Positions 19,201 to 23,059 of a stretch of DNA of 23,059 nucleotides are shown here, in pieces. The notes under the pieces were generated by a model, which was given only the letters and a program-made list of their open reading frames with translations, ran no database searches and had not been told where the DNA came from. The stretch is from Macrostomum lignano. Its lineage: Eukaryota. Both the position numbers and the translations under genes were made by a program. The stretch covers positions 1-23,059 of the forward strand of contig NIVC01005186.1 of assembly GCA_002269645.1 (NCBI GenBank), given 5' to 3'. Position 1 is the first letter of the stretch. Every line of letters starts with the position of its first letter.

Positions 19201-20466
19201 CAACGCGACCGAGTACCGCCGGAGAGCCTGGTGCTGGCGCAGAAGGTGCATGACTTGTGTTTCGTGAACGGTACACTGCACAGGCTGGTCAACACAAAGC
19301 CAGTACCCGTCATTCCCCGCTGCCGACAACGCGAATTTGTCGACGAGATTCACAACGTCGGCCACCTGGGCGAAGTCAAGACGCTGGCCAGCCTAAAGAC
19401 GCGTTGCTACTGGCCAAAAATGTCGGAGAGCGTCCGGTTGGCCGTTCGGTCATGCCAGGTTTGCCAGCGGGCAAAGACTCCGGTTATCAAGCGGGCGCCG
19501 CTACAGTCCATCACTGCAGGGTTTCCAATGCAGCGTGTCGGGTTCGACATTGTCAAGGTCGGCGCTTCCAGAAACGGCAACGATCGGATCCTGAGCATCG
19601 TCGACTACTTCAGCAAGTGGACGGAGCTGGTGCCGATTCCGGACGAGAAGGCGACGACAATTGCCAAGGCCCTCTTCAACAACTGGATCTCCAGGTGGGG
19701 TGCTCCGCATATTCTCCACTCCGACCGCGGCAAGAGCATCGATGGCCGCATCATTCGCAGTCTCTGTACACTATTGGAGGTCGACAAGACTCGAACGTCG
19801 GGCTATCATCCTCAATGTGACGGCCTCGTGGAGAGATTTCATCGGACACTCCATCAGATGTTGCGCTGCCACCTTCAAACTGTCGATCCGCTGGACTGGG
19901 AGGACGCCCTGCCGTACTGTCTCCTAGCCTATCGAAGCAGCATCAGCGCGACGACCGGATTTTCCCCACATTTCCTGATGACGGGCCGGGAGGTGGTTCT
20001 GCCATTGGACGTTGTCTATCGGTCCCCAGAGCCTCCATCCGTCGTCGGCCAGTACGCAGTAGAGACCATTCAACGACTGCAGGACGCCTTTGACGCTGTG
20101 CGGAGGTCAACTGGCGCGGCTCAACGACGGCAGAAGCGGTACTACGATCTGAAAGCCCAGAAGCGCAAGTTTCGCACCGGCGATCTAGTGTGGCTGTTCG
20201 TTCCGCCTGCTGTGCTGTCCAGGACCAACTGTCTGCCTCCGAAGCATCAATCACCGTGGACAGGCCCATTTAAAGTCATGCGCAAGACATCACCTGTCAA
20301 CTACTTGGTGCGGCCGATCAATTACACGGACGGGGAGATCAAGGGGCGCGTCGTGCATGTCAACAAGTTGAAGCGAGCGTGTCTGCAACGGACCCAGTCT
20401 GCTCAGCGTGCTGATCAGGACGCCAGTAGTGACGATGAAGGGCAACTTGTTGACGCTGAGGACTGA
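16231..20466 (+). CDS. pol: Pol polyprotein (aspartic protease, dUTPase-like remnant, repeat linker, RT, RNase H, integrase with GPF motif); -1 frame relative to gag
   Basis: LIDTGA (D at 16387), ILGCDFL; RT motifs LDYR, LDLESGYWQV, MPFGLRNAPATFQR, FIDD (17986-17997); RNase H DTDAS...NYCVTRREL...DH...ADALSR; integrase HHCC, D-D-E core, WTGPF; no chromodomain; no internal stop codons. Confidence 0.97.
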   Translation: MPKRRGGWFTRPAPALSALTHSASTPRLSSCQPGQVRFVTARILRRRRHCLIDTGAEVSCISDDICKKARRRLQPSSIIIRGVDGNLQSVLGETTLAVTLGTVQVHHRFVVLEKLHPTSVILGCDFLSEHDVSVHLQAGCITFNSLGVSIPARKSKEAAQTCKLVSAASVQLQPGERWIIPVKPAKSASWTRSECPGVVTGTRSQGLLVGRCVAKLVERGMGLAVINVDDHTVNISDGDIVGIFSPLGSQPFVQQSGAAGSTAATAAGSTAATATGSTAATAAGSTAATAAGSTAATAAGSTAATATGSTAATATGSTAATAAGSTAATAAGSTAATAAGSTAATAAGSTAATAAGSTAATVAVSTATSTTALATDLPRTNWLNDVHIESSISVEEQQSVKDLLLEFSTVFASPGNAGRTAVLQHRIDTGGARPIRQGLRRAARPVIDKQAELIDDMLTKGVIRPSSSPWASPIVLVRKKDGTARFCLDYRLLNEVTKPDAFPIPRIDDTLDALQGNAYFSALDLESGYWQVEVEERDKEKTAFICHQGLFEFNVMPFGLRNAPATFQRLMQLVLQGLTWQACLVFIDDVIVMGRTIEEHNYRLRAVFERLRDANLRLKPSKCHFANTTMIVLGHRVSKSGITVDESKTAAIRDWPTPRTSKEVKSFLGLAAYYRRFIRDYSKIAEPLRRLTVPTERFQWTSKAQEAFDQLKATLTSAPILAFPDTSATSSEFILDTDASDCAIGAVLSQLQAGEERVIAYSSRALTKAERNYCVTRRELLSVVEHVRKFRNYLLPRKFTVRVDHQSLTHLLTFKEPEGQLARWLQTLDEFDFRVLYRPGRQHNNADALSRQQQRCTNQCRVCRPTNETTSRTTSSVACQTDANSDAAAAAQINAATIKLVSTATDEAVQTDNVHVCVGTVPSRRKQIHQPRSDDSEESSSSEDDTNEDESAAPAADNRPPTLRMLQLQDPVISPVFRLLADGKTRFTDRQRDRVPPESLVLAQKVHDLCFVNGTLHRLVNTKPVPVIPRCRQREFVDEIHNVGHLGEVKTLASLKTRCYWPKMSESVRLAVRSCQVCQRAKTPVIKRAPLQSITAGFPMQRVGFDIVKVGASRNGNDRILSIVDYFSKWTELVPIPDEKATTIAKALFNNWISRWGAPHILHSDRGKSIDGRIIRSLCTLLEVDKTRTSGYHPQCDGLVERFHRTLHQMLRCHLQTVDPLDWEDALPYCLLAYRSSISATTGFSPHFLMTGREVVLPLDVVYRSPEPPSVVGQYAVETIQRLQDAFDAVRRSTGAAQRRQKRYYDLKAQKRKFRTGDLVWLFVPPAVLSRTNCLPPKHQSPWTGPFKVMRKTSPVNYLVRPINYTDGEIKGRVVHVNKLKRACLQRTQSAQRADQDASSDDEGQLVDAED
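16234..16301 (+). promoter_or_regulatory. Candidate -1 programmed ribosomal frameshift signal (slippery C CCA AAC plus H-type pseudoknot)
   Basis: Heptamer 16234-16240 in correct gag phase; stem 16244-16255/16269-16280; loop GAGGCC 16260-16265 complementary to GGCCTC 16296-16301. Confidence 0.7.
17002..17313 (+). repeat. In-frame minisatellite, 13 x 24 bp (GCC[G/A]CTGGCAGCACGGCGGCGACG), encoding (A[A/T]GSTAAT)13
   Basis: Units every 24 bp from 17002; ACT variant in units 3, 7 and 8, otherwise identical. Confidence 0.97.
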
Positions 20467-20708
20467 CTAACGCACGTTGAGGACTGACTGACTGGTTGTA
20501 GCCAGCAGTTTTGCTTTATAGGTCGTAGGTCTAGAACTTTTTAATAGCGTCTATCTATTAGCTTAGTAATCCTGATTTAGATTTAATTGTTCGAAACCCG
20601 GTTATCTCGAATTGTTCTATTTGCTACAGCTGGTTCTGTTCTTCCCTATTGGAGTAGCTTTCATCTGTCGTTTCCACCCCTTGGGTTTAATGAGGACATT
20701 AAACTGTT

Positions 20709-20718
20709 GAAAGGGGAG
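20709..20718 (+). other. Polypurine tract
   Basis: GAAAGGGGAG four bases upstream of the 3' LTR. Confidence 0.75.
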
Positions 20719-20722
20719 CTTT

Positions 20723-21059
20723 TGTAATAGTGCTCAATTTGCGTGCGCGTGCACTTCTAGTGTTTTCTCCGTATTTCTTTCTGCGTCACCCCACCCCTGC
20801 GTATAGCCTTTTCTAGAAATTTCTTTTTGTTTCTGATTGGCTGAAAACGCGTGAATAACGAGCCCCAACCAATAGAGTGCTTAGTGCCTACCCTATCGGC
20901 GAAATCCGATTGGTTAGGATTTTCTAAGCTGCGTTTTTCACCCTGCCCTCCCCCATCGCGGTCAGTCTATTTAATCAAGCAAGCTGGAACGCAAATAAAT
21001 CAAGTTTTTCTCTGACTAAAGAAGTCCCGGCAGTTAAAACTCAAGAATACGCGGCTACA
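20723..21059 (+). repeat. 3' LTR (337 bp)
   Basis: No differences from the 5' LTR by eye. Confidence 0.97.
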
Positions 21060-21982
21060 AAAACTAAATTTAAAAAACCGGGCTTAACCTTTCTAAGAAA
21101 GTAAAAGTAAAACGAAATTAGTTAAAATGAACTAGTTCTCTACAGTTTAGTAAAAAGATTTTCAGTTTTAACTCATAGGTTGATCAAATATTAAAATTGT
21201 GCAAGCTTTTCATATTAGTTGTAGTTTGTAATTTCTATTTTGGCGTATTTTTGTATGCGATAAAAAGTTCGTTGGCGTACATTGGCGTGCATGAGCTACG
21301 GAAGCAATTTTCGTTCCGGCGTACAGCGGTACACGATCCTGACCCTGGTGTGTACTGTGTACATTGTTATCAAATATCAATATCTACCTTATAAAACATT
21401 GTCATTCACCATTCTATTAATTGGTTTATGAAAAAGTAGGAATCCAGCTATTGGCAAAATTTATTCACAAACAAAATAGTTTGCTCCTGGTCACTTTTTT
21501 CTTCGGACTCTGAACCTGACCCAACGTCCATTTCGCTTTCGCGAATTGGCCAGCCAACAATTAGTTTGAATCAAATAGTGAAATTTCTTGAAAACAAGAT
21601 CTTACTAAACAAAGTAATGTAAACAATCTAATATTAAAAATCTAAAGCTGATTTATGCAAAAGTTTATTACAGGTCGGAAAAATATTTAGAATTAAAATA
21701 AATCATTAACCGTTGAATAAAGAAGCCTTAAGGGCGATGTTGGGTTGATTGTTGATTGATGATGCAATCAAAAGGGACTGGGATTGCAATATCAATATCA
21801 TATAAGCCTAACCATAACTGTGCAATGTGCCTTGTATGGTAGGCGTATGCACTGTTAATCGAAGGCCAAAGGCTATCGAAGTAACTCCTAAACATGCGCC
21901 TTTAAAAGAAAAAGAGTCTATTTTTATAGGCATGAACCATAGCATAGGCCAGTAGGCAGTAGGCCTAACCCTTTTTGCTCTA

Positions 21983-22768
21983 GGCTCATTCCATATAAGA
22001 TGGACATATTTGGAAAATAGAAAAAAGTCAATATTTTTGCTTGCCATTGCCTAATTAGCCTATTTTTTTACCAAATGTTTATATTGTGCAATATATACAA
22101 TCTAAGAATAAAGGAATGGTAAAATGTTGGATTAGTATGTTATCAATTGGCAAAAAGTCATTTTTGTAAAAATTTGGACATTTTTCGAAGCAAAAGACAT
22201 CATTAAGATTTTGTACCTTTTAAAAACAAATAGAAAGCTTTTGAAGGTTGAAACAAACTATAGATAAAAGTATAGTACTTGCATCATCAGATAAAAGCAT
22301 TGGTGACCAAATAATCTATTATATTTTTAATGTATTAGTACCTCAAAGTTACTGAATTGACAGAAAAAAATATGTTACGACCATAATGTTACGACCATAA
22401 GGCTGCCTTTTCTTTTGTATCTTTGTTGCCTTTTGAGTTTATATATTCTAATAAAAGAGTATGATTTCTAAAGATGTTCTTAGTCAAATTTTAAAAATGT
22501 ATTGCAAAATATCAAAAATGAAAAATGTTATAAGACTTTTACCTTTTAGTTTCTATATGTCAAAAATCCTGTTGTTACGACCATAAGTGTCATTTAAGGT
22601 TTAATAGCATCTATACTAATGATGATATCTATATGAAACTCTATAAATATATTCTAGACAAAATAATCTTTCATTTGAAATATTGGTTTAGTATAATCTA
22701 TTATTAGATTTCATTTTATAAGTAAAAATAACCTGTCATGTTACGACCATGCTTATATGGAATGAGCC
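21983..22768. mobile_element. Unclassified MITE (786 bp) with 17-bp perfect TIRs
   Basis: GGCTCATTCCATATAAG (21983-21999) / CTTATATGGAATGAGCC (22752-22768); TCTA on both flanks (21979-21982, 22769-22772); internal TGTTACGACCAT copies at 22373, 22387, 22573 and 22739. Confidence 0.75.
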
Positions 22769-23059
22769 TCTAGCTCTAGGCCTCTAGCCTCTAGTCTAGA
22801 CTATGGATGGGGCAGCACAATAGCTAGGCCTGCCTATAATACCTAGTCCTGACTCCTAATGCTATTAATTGTCAAGACTCAAGTATATTTAGTAGGCCTA
22901 CTAGGCAACAAAAAAACTAATATAGGCCTTAATTGCATGTTCTAGTTTAATTAAGCCTAGCTGCCTAGGCCTGGCCTAGGGGCTAGGCTAGGGCCTTTAC
23001 CTGTATTAGAATTTACTTAGGCCTGCCTACCAGCGTCTATGTCTACAAGTAATAAGTAG
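22769..23059. repeat. Low-complexity CTAG/AGGCCT-rich sequence
   Basis: Dense recurrence of CTAG, TAGGC and GCCTA; similar motifs are scattered through 2200-2600 and 3800-4850. Confidence 0.5.

Larger units (their letters stand above)
14803..21059 (+). mobile_element. Full-length intact Ty3/Gypsy LTR retrotransposon (6257 bp)
   Basis: Two TG...CA LTRs, PBS, gag, pol in PR-RT-RH-IN order, PPT, 4-bp AAAA duplication (14799-14802, 21060-21063). Confidence 0.97.
14487..21348. mobile_element. hAT-like non-autonomous element (about 600 bp: 14487-14802 plus 21064-21348) split by the Gypsy insertion
   Basis: Degenerate TIRs CCAGACTCCGGATTGTATAC / GTACACGATCCTGACCCTGG followed inward by a shared TGTACGCCGGAA; 8-bp duplication TGTGTACT (14479-14486, 21349-21356) within a 9-bp direct repeat; 11 GGCGT(A/G)(C/T) subterminal motifs. 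Confidence 0.65.

Noticed and set aside
15324-20269. Many alternative-frame and antisense ORFs over gag/pol (e.g. 16797-17666, 16989-17609, 17000-17350)
   Set aside because: Expected shadows of GC-rich coding DNA; the 24-bp unit has no stop codon in any frame.
20467-20722. Possible env or extra ORF after pol
   Set aside because: Only 256 bp with no substantial ORF; it contains just a short TGAGGACTGACT duplication at the stop codon.

Overview
Eukaryotic (animal, probably invertebrate) genomic DNA: AT-rich host sequence densely packed with nested transposable elements. From left to right: (1) two spliced minus-strand coding exons (1502-1278, 737-475) of a C6orf89/BRAP-like membrane protein gene that runs off the left edge, with a G-rich satellite in its second intron; (2) a 7.7-kb decayed CMC-EnSpm/CACTA-type DNA transposon (2963-10633) carrying a BEN-like gene remnant and a frameshifted transposase, itself containing a MITE, the 3' end of a BEL/Pao retrotransposon and a Penelope-like foldback insertion with a hammerhead-ribozyme motif in each arm; (3) a putative 2.9-kb non-autonomous Helitron with a 1.4-kb CT tract; (4) an intact, very young Ty3/Gypsy LTR retrotransposon (14803-21059, identical 337-bp LTRs) nested in a hAT-like MITE, with a candidate -1 frameshift signal plus pseudoknot, three NPF motifs in Gag and an in-frame 13x24-bp minisatellite in pol; (5) another MITE near the right end. 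All comparisons were done by eye; family assignments come from remembered motifs, not database searches.
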